DNA of 59,113 bases, from positions 1 to 59,113 of IMG/VR virus record IMGVR_UViG_3300031578_000036. The stretch is one strand, 5' to 3'. The stretch is from a virus. Taxonomy: Duplodnaviria; Caudoviricetes. The translations under genes were made by a program, and so were the position numbers. Shown here one piece after another: positions 1-8,823 of this stretch. How positions within the stretch are numbered: position 1 is the first letter of the stretch; each line of letters starts with the position of its first letter. The notes under the pieces are model-generated. The model ran no database searches and was not told the origin of the DNA. It saw nothing but the letters and a program-made list of their open reading frames with translations.

Positions 1-275
1 AGTCCATCGTGATGCCCATGCTCTCGGCCAGATCAGTGAAGTCCTCGAGCGTATACCCAGCCGCCTTCAGCGTGTCCTCCAGGACCTCCTTCGGTCTGCC
101 CTGCATCCAACCCACACCGCCCGTGAACTCCGTGCCCCCGAACGCCGTGATGGCCTTACTCGCCGCCGAGAAGATCCCGGCGCCCTTAGCGCCAACTAGC
201 ACATCGGCCAGCTTGTCGATATGGGTGTTCAACCGTTCCAGCGCCTCATTGTTCGCCTTCAGCGCCTCTGTCCGT
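1..275. repeat. Terminal direct repeat / circular assembly overlap, left copy
   Basis: Aligns without gaps to 58839..59113. Positions 149-275 (127 bp) are identical; 1-148 carries substitutions. Confidence 0.95.
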
Positions 276-2341
276 GCGACTTCCTCGGGGCTCGGCCCCT
301 TGTCGGCGAAGATGCCCGAGAGGATGCTGGCAAGACCGGCACCGATACCTAGTGCCACATTGGCCTGGCCCAACCCGCCGAGCGCGCCCCAGCCGCCTGC
401 CGCCTTCATCGAAAAGAGCTGGTCAGCGATGTTGGCCACGCTGTTGAGCGAGGCCGCCGCGTTGTCGCCCATGAACCCGAACGAGCGCCCCAGGTCCAAC
501 AGCCCGCGCGCCAGCATGGACACACTATGGAGGGTGTCGTCCAACGTCTCCGGCAGTTCCGCACCGGGCCCGCTCAGGAACGCCTCCAGCATCCCGTACA
601 TCTGCCGCTCGCTGTCGGTCATGTCGTCTACCGAGCGACCCGTCAGCGTCATCTGCTTGCGGATCGTCTGGAGCATCACAACCGAGGTGCCCATCTCGCG
701 CGGCATGGCTGCCCACGCCTGGAGTAGCCCCTCCACGTTCTCCTGGAAGCTGAGCACGTCGCTCTGTGCCATCACCAGCCGCTCGGCTTCCTCTACCGTC
801 TCGGCCAGCTTCTGGCGGAGCGCCTCATACTCGGCGGTCAGCCCGGCTACATCGGGGCCCTGGACTTTAATCTTTTCGCTCAGTTCCCCCATGGCCTTAT
901 TGAAGTCACTGATCTTCTCATCCAGTCCGCTGGGCGGCGGTGCGGCTGCCCCGGTCGGGACGGCCAGCGCCTTGAGTCGGTTGTAGATCACCTCCACGGT
1001 GCGCATCGCGGCCACGGCCTTCTGCATCTTGGTAGATGTCAGTTCCGTGCCCTTGGCCAGCAGATCGTCCACCTCATCCGAGAGTTGGTTGAATAGGGCA
1101 CGCGCGCCCTCAACCTGGCTCAGCATATCCTGGTAGTGGGCGATGCTGGAGGCGTTGGGCAGTTCCCCACCGGAGGACAGCGCCGCCGCAGCCAACCCAG
1201 CCGCCTGGGCCGTGCCGTACTTGTCCCAGCTTTCCGTGCCCTTGTCGAGCGCCGCGTTGATGAGTCCGAGCATACGGGCCACGATGGGCAGCGTATTGTT
1301 GCCGAGTTCCAGAAGGGAGACGTTTACCTTGTTCTTGAGCAACTTCCACTGGTTGCCCAATTCGCCGTTCATCTTCTTGACTGCCGTTTCCGTGGTGCCC
1401 GACGCCTTCTCCATGCGCCCGATGCTCTCCACGAACTGATCGGTACCCGTGCCGGCCAGCACGCTCGCGGCCCGGAACGCGCGGAGCTCGGGGAGGATCT
1501 GTGCCATCACCTGCACGTTGCCGCCCGTCACCTGCTTGAGTTCGGCCATCATCCCGGCCAGGCCCTTCGACTTCAGAGCGGCCAGGCCAAACTCCATGCC
1601 CATCTCTTCCGCCTTCGCCGCCCCCAGGCTTTCCGTGTCCATGAGGGCGAGCAACAGCCGGTTGAGCGAGGTCACGGCCTCGGCCCCCATGATGCCACGC
1701 TGCGTCATGGTCGCAATCGCGGCGCCTACCACCTCGATGCTCTGGCCCGTCAGCGCCGCGGTATTCGCCACGTCACCGATCTGCGTGGCCAGTTCACCGA
1801 ACCGGATCACGCCCTCGTTCACCGTCTGAAATAGCACGTCCGAGACGCGGGTGGCCTGACCCGCTCCCATCCCGTAGGAGTTCAGCACGGTGGTCAGCGC
1901 ATTGACGACCGTGGTGGTTTCCGTCAACCCAGCCACGCCAGCCTTGGCGGCAACCTCCAGAACCTCGTAAGCCGCAGCCGTGTCCGTGATGCCCGCGCTC
2001 ACGACCTCGTACATGCCCTGGACAAGTTCAACGGGCGCCTTGGGGACCTCCGTGCTGAGCTTGATGATCTGGTCCCGGAGTTCGCCCATCTGGTCCACGG
2101 TCGTGGGGAGCAACGTGGACAGTTCACGCATGGCCTTATCGAGTTCGGCCGCCATCTTCGTGCCCTTCACGCCAGCCAGTACCGCAGCAGCGCCCAGGGC
2201 GACGAACATACCAGTGGGCGTTACGATGGCCGCGCCGAGCTTCTTGAGCATGCCGGTGGCCTGCCCGATCCCCGCATTCAGCGGGGCCAGGTTGGTGCCC
2301 AGGTCCCAATAGAGCTGATCTATCCGCTGGCCCTTAGCCAC
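1..2341 (-). CDS. Tail tape measure protein, N-terminal part (TP901-like); continues across the circular junction into 58036..59070
   Basis: Not in the ORF track because it runs off the edge. My translation from GTG 2341 reads MAKGQRIDQLYWDLGTNLAPL...AAELDKAMRELSTLL...LVQGMYEVVSAG...VSDVLFQTVNEGVIRFGELATQIG. It is Ala-rich and helical, follows the tail chaperones, and is in frame with the 58036..59070 ORF through the terminal overlap (about 1047 aa in total). Confidence 0.9.
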   Translation of the reverse strand, partial: MAKGQRIDQLYWDLGTNLAPLNAGIGQATGMLKKLGAAIVTPTGMFVALGAAAVLAGVKGTKMAAELDKAMRELSTLLPTTVDQMGELRDQIIKLSTEVPKAPVELVQGMYEVVSAGITDTAAAYEVLEVAAKAGVAGLTETTTVVNALTTVLNSYGMGAGQATRVSDVLFQTVNEGVIRFGELATQIGDVANTAALTGQSIEVVGAAIATMTQRGIMGAEAVTSLNRLLLALMDTESLGAAKAEEMGMEFGLAALKSKGLAGMMAELKQVTGGNVQVMAQILPELRAFRAASVLAGTGTDQFVESIGRMEKASGTTETAVKKMNGELGNQWKLLKNKVNVSLLELGNNTLPIVARMLGLINAALDKGTESWDKYGTAQAAGLAAAALSSGGELPNASSIAHYQDMLSQVEGARALFNQLSDEVDDLLAKGTELTSTKMQKAVAAMRTVEVIYNRLKALAVPTGAAAPPPSGLDEKISDFNKAMGELSEKIKVQGPDVAGLTAEYEALRQKLAETVEEAERLVMAQSDVLSFQENVEGLLQAWAAMPREMGTSVVMLQTIRKQMTLTGRSVDDMTDSERQMYGMLEAFLSGPGAELPETLDDTLHSVSMLARGLLDLGRSFGFMGDNAAASLNSVANIADQLFSMKAAGGWGALGGLGQANVALGIGAGLASILSGIFADKGPSPEEVARTEALKANNEALERLNTHIDKLADVLVGAKGAGIFSAASKAITAFGGTEFTGGVGWMQGRPKEVLEDTLKAAGYTLEDFTDLAESMGITMD

Positions 2342-2351
2342 GCAGCCCCCG

Positions 2352-2684
2352 TTAGTTGACCGTCTGTGCCTTACTCCGCTTCGTCGCCTCGCGCAGCACG
2401 TACCACGTGGCCACGCGCGCCGGGTCGGTCCATTCGGTGATCGGCCCGATACCCGGGCGGGCGTAGCTCAGGCACGCCGCCGGGCCCTCCGTGTCCATGT
2501 CCCGCGCCCACACCCATACCCACGCCTCACGCCCCGTCCCGTGCTCGGCGGCCAGTTCCTCACCGACCCGCTGGAGGCCCGTCAGGCCCACGTCGTCGGC
2601 TACCTGCACGAACACGCCGACCCCGCCGTCCTTGCCGTCCACAATGCGCTGCCAGGCCAGGCCGGTGCTTGCCGCCATCTTCAT
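2352..2684 (-). CDS. Hypothetical protein between tail chaperone and tape measure
   Basis: ATGA-coupled to the upstream gene; lies in the tail operon. Confidence 0.6.
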   Translation of the reverse strand: MKMAASTGLAWQRIVDGKDGGVGVFVQVADDVGLTGLQRVGEELAAEHGTGREAWVWVWARDMDTEGPAACLSYARPGIGPITEWTDPARVATWYVLREATKRSKAQTVN

Positions 2685-3499
2685 GCCGTGGGCACCTCCG
2701 GCTCGGCTTCACGGGCCAGCCTGACGGTAGCAAGTAGGCTGACCAGGGAGCGGTCCCGGGCGAGTCGCGCCGGATCCTCATTGAGCCGCATGGCCAGGCT
2801 ACCCAGAAACACATTCCACGACATCGGTGTCTCGGTGGGGCCGCCCTTCATCGGCTTCACGATGCGGGCCAGGGCCTCGAGGCGTACCGCGTTGACCCGC
2901 AGGAACGCCGCATGGATGCGGTATAGGTCGAGCGGGTCGAGGTCCACCCACCGGTCGGGAATGTCGGCCTGCGGGTCCATGTACGGCCCGCCGCCCGGTC
3001 CCGGATAGGTGGCCACGGCTGCAATCGCACCCAACTGCCAGGCAAGCTCGTGCTCCACCTTCTCCATCGTAGTCACGGGTTCCCTCACGCCCGAACCTTC
3101 CAGTGTGCCGGCGGTTGCGGCCTCGCGTAGCGCCTCAAGCCGGGCGGCCAGCCAGTCGCACATCCAACTGCGGGCCCGGAACCAGAGCAGCGCGTCCAGC
3201 CCCTTGGGATGCACGTCCACCGCGGTCCCGTCAAGCAGGCGGGTGCGCACCGGCTCCTCACGCAGCGCGGCCAGCACTTCCTCCTCTGCCGCACCCTTGG
3301 CGCTCGGCGCCTGGGCATCATCGTAGACCCACGAGCGCAGGGTACCGTATAGCTGGACCCACGCCACGATTCCACCGCTGCGCTTCGGCCACACGGCCCC
3401 AAGTTCCTCGGCCGTCACCCGCTTCCGGGCCAGCAGGTGCGCGCGCATATTCTCACATTGCGAACGCACCCATTGGCTCGTCGTCAGTTTCAGGGCCAC
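2681..3499 (-). CDS. Putative tail assembly chaperone
   Basis: Lies between the tail tube genes and the tape measure gene. Probable GTG start at 3499, directly after the tube gene stop. Function is inferred from synteny only. Confidence 0.55.
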   Translation of the reverse strand: MALKLTTSQWVRSQCENMRAHLLARKRVTAEELGAVWPKRSGGIVAWVQLYGTLRSWVYDDAQAPSAKGAAEEEVLAALREEPVRTRLLDGTAVDVHPKGLDALLWFRARSWMCDWLAARLEALREAATAGTLEGSGVREPVTTMEKVEHELAWQLGAIAAVATYPGPGGGPYMDPQADIPDRWVDLDPLDLYRIHAAFLRVNAVRLEALARIVKPMKGGPTETPMSWNVFLGSLAMRLNEDPARLARDRSLVSLLATVRLAREAEPEVPTA

Positions 3500-3500
3500 G

Positions 3501-4250
3501 TTACGTGACCGGGTTGATCCAGCGCCAGTGCGCCGCATTGAACACCAACTGCGCGGGCGCGTCCTGGCCGCGCGCCAGTCCGATGCTCTTGCTGGGATCC
3601 ACCTTGCAATCCCAGAACTGGAGCTCCACCGTGGCGCCGTTGCCCAGCGTGCCCCGTGCCCAGAACCCGACCGGGCTCTCCCCGCTCAGGCTTGCCGGCG
3701 TCCAGTCCACCACGTAGGGGTCGAGCGGCGTCGAAGTGCCGGCCCCGTGCATGGCGCTGTCCGCGATGCCCACGGCGGCGAGCAGGTTCTCGCACGATAG
3801 GTTTTCCAGCGAGACGGTGACCTTGTACTCGCTGTGATTGATGTTGTAGTCGTAGCCGTGCCTACGGGTCGCGGCATCAATCCGCGTCCGGTCCACGGCC
3901 ACATCCAACTGCACCCCGTCGTCGCTTAGGTCGCCCAGGTTTGTGCGGTCCAGCTCCCACACCAACTCACCGATTGCGTGGGCGTAGGCCATCTTGGAGA
4001 CGAGCGGCAGGTTCGTGCTCGCGCCTTCCGTCTTGGCGATCTCCATGACGCCGGGGCTCCCGATCCTCACATAGTCGCCGCCCCCTGTGCTCGCGCCCGT
4101 CTTGGCCGCCAACTTGATCGTCGTGGCGCCCACCACGGAGGCCGAGGCCACGGTAGTGCGTAGCGTGGTCGCTCCGGTGCTCTTGTTCGTCATCTTGCCG
4201 AACTGGCTCAGCGCCTTGAAGAGTTCCGCGTTCGAATTCGTGCGTGCCAT
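3501..4250 (-). CDS. Major tail (tube) protein, paralog 2
   Basis: Follows the tail terminator. Highly similar to 4263..4997 (LGDLSDDGV, RTRIDAATRRH, FWARGTLGNG, ARGQDAP). RBS GGAG upstream. Confidence 0.75.
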   Translation of the reverse strand: MARTNSNAELFKALSQFGKMTNKSTGATTLRTTVASASVVGATTIKLAAKTGASTGGGDYVRIGSPGVMEIAKTEGASTNLPLVSKMAYAHAIGELVWELDRTNLGDLSDDGVQLDVAVDRTRIDAATRRHGYDYNINHSEYKVTVSLENLSCENLLAAVGIADSAMHGAGTSTPLDPYVVDWTPASLSGESPVGFWARGTLGNGATVELQFWDCKVDPSKSIGLARGQDAPAQLVFNAAHWRWINPVT

Positions 4251-4262
4251 CGTCGTGTCTCC

Positions 4263-4997
4263 TTACGCCACCGGGTTGAGCCAGCGGACATGCTGGGAAT
4301 TGAAGACGAGCTGGAGCGGCGCGTCCTGGCCCCGGGCGAACTTCACCGACTTGCTGGGGTCGATCCGGCAGTCCCACATCTGGACTTCGACGGTGTTCCC
4401 GTTGCCCAGCGTGCCCCTCGCCCAGAAATGCACCGGCTTGATCGTGTCCAGGTTGGCCGGGGTCGCATCGGCCACGTAGGGATCGGCGGCCGTACCGGCT
4501 CCGTGCCGGTTGGTCTCCGGGATGCCCAGCGACGTCAGCACGTTCTCGTCGCTCAGGTTCTCCAGGTTGACCGTGGCCTTGTATTCCGTGTGGTTGATGT
4601 TGTAGTCGTATGCATGGCGCCGGGTGGCCGCGTCGATGCGCGTCCGGTCGGCCGCCACGTCCACCACCACGCCATCGTCGGACAGATCCCCGAGGATGGT
4701 GCGCGTCAACTCCAACACCGTCTCGCCCGCCGCATGGGCATAGGCCGTCTTGCTCACGAGGACCGCGCTGGTGCTGGCGGTTTCGATCTGCGCCACCTCC
4801 ATCACACCGGAAGGCCCAATCCTGATGTAGTCGAGCGCCGTGCCGCCCACCGCACTGGCGATCTTGACCGTGCTTACACCCGCTGCGTAGGCAGCCGACA
4901 GGGTGGTGCTGACCTTCGAGGCCGCCGTGCTGTCGTCCATCATCCCGAACTGACTCAGGGCCTTGAACAACTCTGCGTTCGTATTCGTCCTCGCCAT
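4263..4997 (-). CDS. Major tail (tube) protein, paralog 1
   Basis: Synteny, beta-rich tube-like sequence, GGAGG RBS; paralog of 3501..4250. Confidence 0.75.
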   Translation of the reverse strand: MARTNTNAELFKALSQFGMMDDSTAASKVSTTLSAAYAAGVSTVKIASAVGGTALDYIRIGPSGVMEVAQIETASTSAVLVSKTAYAHAAGETVLELTRTILGDLSDDGVVVDVAADRTRIDAATRRHAYDYNINHTEYKATVNLENLSDENVLTSLGIPETNRHGAGTAADPYVADATPANLDTIKPVHFWARGTLGNGNTVEVQMWDCRIDPSKSVKFARGQDAPLQLVFNSQHVRWLNPVA

Positions 4998-5025
4998 CTC
5001 GCCCTCCTAGTTGAAAGGCCCCCGC

Positions 5026-5451
5026 CTATCGGTTGAACCTGATCTCCCACTCCTGCTGCACCCTTATCCTGCCCTCGTCCAGTTCCGGTAAGTCGCGCCT
5101 GCTGCGCAGGTAGGGGATCGCGTCCACCGGTTTCGTCCGACCTGTGCTTGCTAGGTTGGTCTGCGTGAACACGGTCTCCATCCTGTCGGCCATGTCCCAG
5201 GCCAGCCCCGCGCTATCCGTTTCCGTGTAGTAGTCGAGCTGGAGTCCTAGCCTCAGCGCGTCCTTCGGTCCCTTCGTTGGCGTGCCGGTTGGAAAGAAGC
5301 CGACGATCACCGGCATGCTGTTCATGCCCCGGTCGCCCCAACGCAGCAGCGGGTACGTCTTGCCCGACAGCGTGGCGAGCCCACCCGCGCCTGTATCGCC
5401 CTTGGCGATCTCAAACAGCGCCACCCACACGTCCCACTCGTTATTGGCCAT
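5026..5451 (-). CDS. Putative tail terminator / tail completion protein
   Basis: 141 aa, LQLDYY motif, canonical position between the HK97-gp10-like gene and the tail tube. Confidence 0.65.
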   Translation of the reverse strand: MANNEWDVWVALFEIAKGDTGAGGLATLSGKTYPLLRWGDRGMNSMPVIVGFFPTGTPTKGPKDALRLGLQLDYYTETDSAGLAWDMADRMETVFTQTNLASTGRTKPVDAIPYLRSRRDLPELDEGRIRVQQEWEIRFNR

Positions 5452-5998
5452 TGCCGCCGCCCGTCAGGCCGCCCAATACCTTCGTGCCCTTGCCCAGCGC
5501 GTACCTGACGCCCTGCGTCATGCCGTCCTTCGCGGCCTCCTTGGCCGGTCGTGCATGGGGTCTCGGCTGGAGCACGAAGTTCTTCCCTGGGTGGGGACCC
5601 GTTCTTGACCCAGCGACGTTGACTCCGTACTCCAGCGCGAGCCCATATCTCAAGCCCGTGCCCACTCTCATGTTCTCGCCCACCTCGGCTATGCCGATGC
5701 TCTGCCCCAGCTGGTGGGTGTCGGGTGCGGGCGGATCGCCCGGTGCGCTTGCCGTGTGCGATGAACTCCGACCCGGATGCCCAGGACTGCCCGGGATGGC
5801 GATCACCCGCCCACCCTTCGTGATGAAGCTGATCCCGGCCGGATACGTCTTGCCCGAGCCGGGCTGGTTCAGCACGTCCTTCCACTCGCCCTGGAGCTCG
5901 ATGGCCGCACGCTTCAGCGCGCCCTTGCGGGCCGCCATCATACCCATGCCCGCAACGATCTGGGCGGGTGAAGCCTTGAGCGTCCAACCGCGATTCAT
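5441..5998 (-). CDS. HK97 gp10-like neck / tail-component protein
   Basis: HTASAPGDPPAPDTHQLGQSI, YGLALEYG and PRPHARPA motifs; ATGA-coupled start at 5998. Confidence 0.75.
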   Translation of the reverse strand: MNRGWTLKASPAQIVAGMGMMAARKGALKRAAIELQGEWKDVLNQPGSGKTYPAGISFITKGGRVIAIPGSPGHPGRSSSHTASAPGDPPAPDTHQLGQSIGIAEVGENMRVGTGLRYGLALEYGVNVAGSRTGPHPGKNFVLQPRPHARPAKEAAKDGMTQGVRYALGKGTKVLGGLTGGGNGQ

Positions 5999-6363
5999 GC
6001 CGTGCTCTCCGTTGTGAGCTTGAGCAGCGCCCGCGTATGCTGCCCGCCCGCCGTCGTGTAGGGCCGTAGCGCCTCCACGAACCACTTGGTGCCCGAGGGA
6101 TAGGGGCCCGCCGTCTGCTTCAGCAGATCGCCCCGTGCCACGGCTACCGTGCTATTCAGGAACACCTGATGCGTGCCCACCAACTCCTGGCCCCACGTCC
6201 GCTGGACTTCCGCAGGCGAGACGGGCTGGATATGGGCAGCCTTCGAGCCGATCACCGTGCTGCTGAACGCCAGGTGCGTGACGCCGTTCACGACCGTTTC
6301 CGTGGGCCGGAATACCGTCACGGTATGGTCAAGCATGGCGGCGAGATCCGGGTTTACAGCCAT
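5995..6363 (-). CDS. Head closure / head-tail adaptor (stopper) protein
   Basis: LDHTVTVFRP...AHIQP...ARGDLL pattern; 122 aa; synteny. Confidence 0.65.
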   Translation of the reverse strand: MAVNPDLAAMLDHTVTVFRPTETVVNGVTHLAFSSTVIGSKAAHIQPVSPAEVQRTWGQELVGTHQVFLNSTVAVARGDLLKQTAGPYPSGTKWFVEALRPYTTAGGQHTRALLKLTTESTA

Positions 6364-6412
6364 GCGTCACCCGCCCGAATGGCAAGCAAACCGGAGGCGA
6401 ATTGTGCGGCCA

Positions 6413-6847
6413 CTAGTCGGTGCTCCCCGAGTCCATGTCCATCATCGGGATGACCTCGGAGAACATCCCCGAGGAGAACGCGGGCCCAGGCCGGTCCTCA
6501 TCGTCACGCTCCGTGTCCCGATCCGCGACGCTGATCCCGATGGCGCCCACGCAGCCGGCGTCCTGCGCCACCCCGGCCTCGATCTCCCCTGCCAGCGCCA
6601 GATACGCCTTGGCCTTCTGGGAGTGCGAGATGCTGAGTTGGTCCATGCCGATGTCGGCCTTGCGGCTGAACTTGGCGGCAATGGCCCGCGCTACCGCTGA
6701 GGCCGCCTTGAACTTCGACCCGTAGGTAGCCAGCGCCGCCGCGATCTCCGCGTCCGTCTGGAGCGGGTCGGTACTGTCCGTGTCCCCGACGCGCCAGCGG
6801 ATCCAGTCGCGGCTGCTTGTGCCCGGATCGGTATACGTGAAGGCCAT
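6413..6847 (-). CDS. Head-tail connector (adaptor) protein
   Basis: FTYTDP...IRWRVGDTD...LQTDAEI...AIAAKFSR pattern typical of phage adaptors; synteny. Confidence 0.7.
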   Translation of the reverse strand: MAFTYTDPGTSSRDWIRWRVGDTDSTDPLQTDAEIAAALATYGSKFKAASAVARAIAAKFSRKADIGMDQLSISHSQKAKAYLALAGEIEAGVAQDAGCVGAIGISVADRDTERDDEDRPGPAFSSGMFSEVIPMMDMDSGSTD

Positions 6848-6850
6848 GGC

Positions 6851-7201
6851 CTACAGCGTCCCGCACACCTTGACGGTGAGCGTCGGGGCCGTGGAGCTCG
6901 TGCTTGTCAGGGTCGTTAGACTGAACCGCACCTGGCGCGCGATCTTCACCGCCGTGGAGCACGCATAGCCCACTGCGCCCTTGGTCGAGATCGTGTAGAC
7001 CTCGCCAGCGGCCGGCGCCGTGGCATCGCTCAGCGTGCCCTGCATCGTGCCCTTGGCCGTCACGGTCGATGTGCTTCCACCGCTCGCCAGGCAGAGGGCC
7101 CACCTGCCCAGCGGGCCGCGCAACTTGTGCCATGATCCCGGCGACGTGCTGCTCGTGCCGTCAAAGATCGTCTCCGGCCCCCAACTGGTATCCTGGATCA
7201 T
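6851..7201 (-). CDS. Small Ser/Thr-rich putative virion protein
   Basis: ATGA-coupled start (MIQDTSWG); beta-rich, about 7 ST dipeptides in 116 aa; in the head-neck operon. Confidence 0.6.
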   Translation of the reverse strand: MIQDTSWGPETIFDGTSSTSPGSWHKLRGPLGRWALCLASGGSTSTVTAKGTMQGTLSDATAPAAGEVYTISTKGAVGYACSTAVKIARQVRFSLTTLTSTSSTAPTLTVKVCGTL

Positions 7202-8745
7202 GCCACCTTGCCTCCTCCCGCTGCCGCCGCCTCCGGTGCAACCTTCGCCAGGTCCGGCGTCATTGAAGTATGATCTGCCACCGTCCAACTCTGGAGCGTC
7301 CACTCCACGTTCTGCTTGGCCCCGTTTACCGTCGCCTTCGCCAGCGTCAGCCGCTGGATCTCCGCGTCAATCGCGACTTCCCGATTGTTGAACTCGGTCA
7401 TGCGTTCCTTCAGCTTCGCCCGGAACCCGTGGTCCGTGCCGAACCCGTACTGATGGCTGGCCTTGAGCAGATCGCTCGTCTCGGCCACGATGATCTCACG
7501 GCCCATGCCCTTCGCGATCCCGAGCCAGTATTCGACGTTTGGTCTCTGAAATCGGTACTCGCTGTTGTGCGAGGCCAGGCCCTCCACCACGAGCGTCTGC
7601 GTGGTCGTGGTGAAGCCCACCGTCTCCGTCTCGCCCAAGAACTCCACGCCCACCACACCCACGGTGTTCGCATAGTCCACCGGCTCTGTTAGAACCGGAT
7701 TCGTGGCACCGACGATGTTCGTGACGCCTGGCACCAACTCATCCGTATGCTTCCATGCGGTCGCGCCACCATCAATCGTCAGCCACCGGTGCCCCTCGCT
7801 CGCCACGACGCTGGTGCCGTCCTCGAAGTGGATGCGGTAGCTCGGCCGACTCGCCACACTCCGCCCCAGCACCTCTGAGACTCGCCACGTCCGCGCGGCC
7901 CGTACCTCGGTGGCCGTAGCCACGCCGCCGCCTTCCTGCGCGATCCTGCGGGCATGCACGGCACCTGTACCATCCCCCGGCGTCTCATCAAATCCCATGA
8001 GCTTGTCGCCTTCCTGCACCTCATCGGCGCGCACCCACCGCAGGTCAGCCGTCAGCAAATTGGCGTCCGGTGCGAGGCAATCCTGGGCCATATCGACGCC
8101 GTACACCGCGATGGTCTTATAGCCCATCATCAGGGCCATTCCGATCATCCACGAAATGCTGTTCGTGAAGTAGCCGCTGCCGAACTGCGCCTCGATCTCG
8201 GCCTTCGGGAACTTCACCGAGTTGGGCATCCCGGCCACCACGTCCTGGAGGTAGACGGGACAGGGCAGCGTGCGGTACTTACCCACCCGCTCCGCGTTCA
8301 CGGCCGTCATGTCGTGGACGTCGAACCAGCGCGTGAACCGCCCAATGGGGATCTCCCCCTCGTGGACGTAGAGCGCGTTCAGGCCCCAGAACTCGAAGTC
8401 CTGATCGTTGTACGGGGCCAGCGCCTTTGACGGCGTGAAGCCCACGATGGCCACCCTGTCCTTCATGCGTGGCAGGGCACAGTGCTCGGGCAGGTGGATG
8501 GTCGCCTGCCCGTCCGCCGTCTTCTCGATGCGCGTGCCCGGGGGTAGCGGCTGCCCGTTGATGCTCATGGCGGCCGCGCCGGAACTCGGCGCTACCACGG
8601 TTGGCATCTCCACAGCACCCACCTCCGGCTTGTCCACGCCCACTAGCTCCAGATGGCCGTGAGGCCGGGGCGCCTCAGTCACCGTTTCCGGCTTCTGTTG
8701 CGTCCCGGCCCCCTCGGTCCTCGTCTCCTGATCCTTCTTGGTCAT
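7198..8745 (-). CDS. Putative sialyl/nonulosonyl-transferase-like protein (CstII GT42 / Maf-like Rossmann fold) containing a mini-intein
   Basis: RVAIVGFTPS, FWGLN and NSISWMIGMALMMGYKTIAVYGVDM resemble the CstII/Maf pattern (IxGxGPS...S...AxxxGYKxIYLxGxDF). Probable start is MTKKDQ at 8745, with a GGGGA RBS. Confidence 0.6.
   Translation of the reverse strand: MTKKDQETRTEGAGTQQKPETVTEAPRPHGHLELVGVDKPEVGAVEMPTVVAPSSGAAAMSINGQPLPPGTRIEKTADGQATIHLPEHCALPRMKDRVAIVGFTPSKALAPYNDQDFEFWGLNALYVHEGEIPIGRFTRWFDVHDMTAVNAERVGKYRTLPCPVYLQDVVAGMPNSVKFPKAEIEAQFGSGYFTNSISWMIGMALMMGYKTIAVYGVDMAQDCLAPDANLLTADLRWVRADEVQEGDKLMGFDETPGDGTGAVHARRIAQEGGGVATATEVRAARTWRVSEVLGRSVASRPSYRIHFEDGTSVVASEGHRWLTIDGGATAWKHTDELVPGVTNIVGATNPVLTEPVDYANTVGVVGVEFLGETETVGFTTTTQTLVVEGLASHNSEYRFQRPNVEYWLGIAKGMGREIIVAETSDLLKASHQYGFGTDHGFRAKLKERMTEFNNREVAIDAEIQRLTLAKATVNGAKQNVEWTLQSWTVADHTSMTPDLAKVAPEAAAAGGGKVA
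7564..8079 (-). mobile_element. Mini-intein (172 aa, no endonuclease)
   Basis: N-terminal CLAPDANLLTADLRWVRADEV, block B ASEGHRW, C-terminal TLVVEGLASHN followed by Ser+1. Removing it restores GVDMAQD-SEYRFQRPNVEYW. Confidence 0.88.
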
Positions 8746-8823
8746 CGGGTGGTCCCCCGTCAGGTTGTCAGATTGTCGCCTACTCCCCGGCGCCATGCGC
8801 CCCACTACATCTGCCCTCGCCGC

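Noticed and set aside
9-1834. Long plus-strand ORFs here and elsewhere (e.g. 10056..11585, 12127..13026, 17581..19008, 46041..47192)
   Set aside because: They are antisense shadows of clear minus-strand genes in GC-rich DNA and have no recognisable motifs. This contrasts with 16822..17571, which has domain motifs, an RBS and its own codon bias.
2681-3499. Programmed -1 frameshift of the tail assembly chaperone (lambda G/GT type)
   Set aside because: I could not identify a convincing slippery heptamer, and the downstream ORF has its own coupled ATG.
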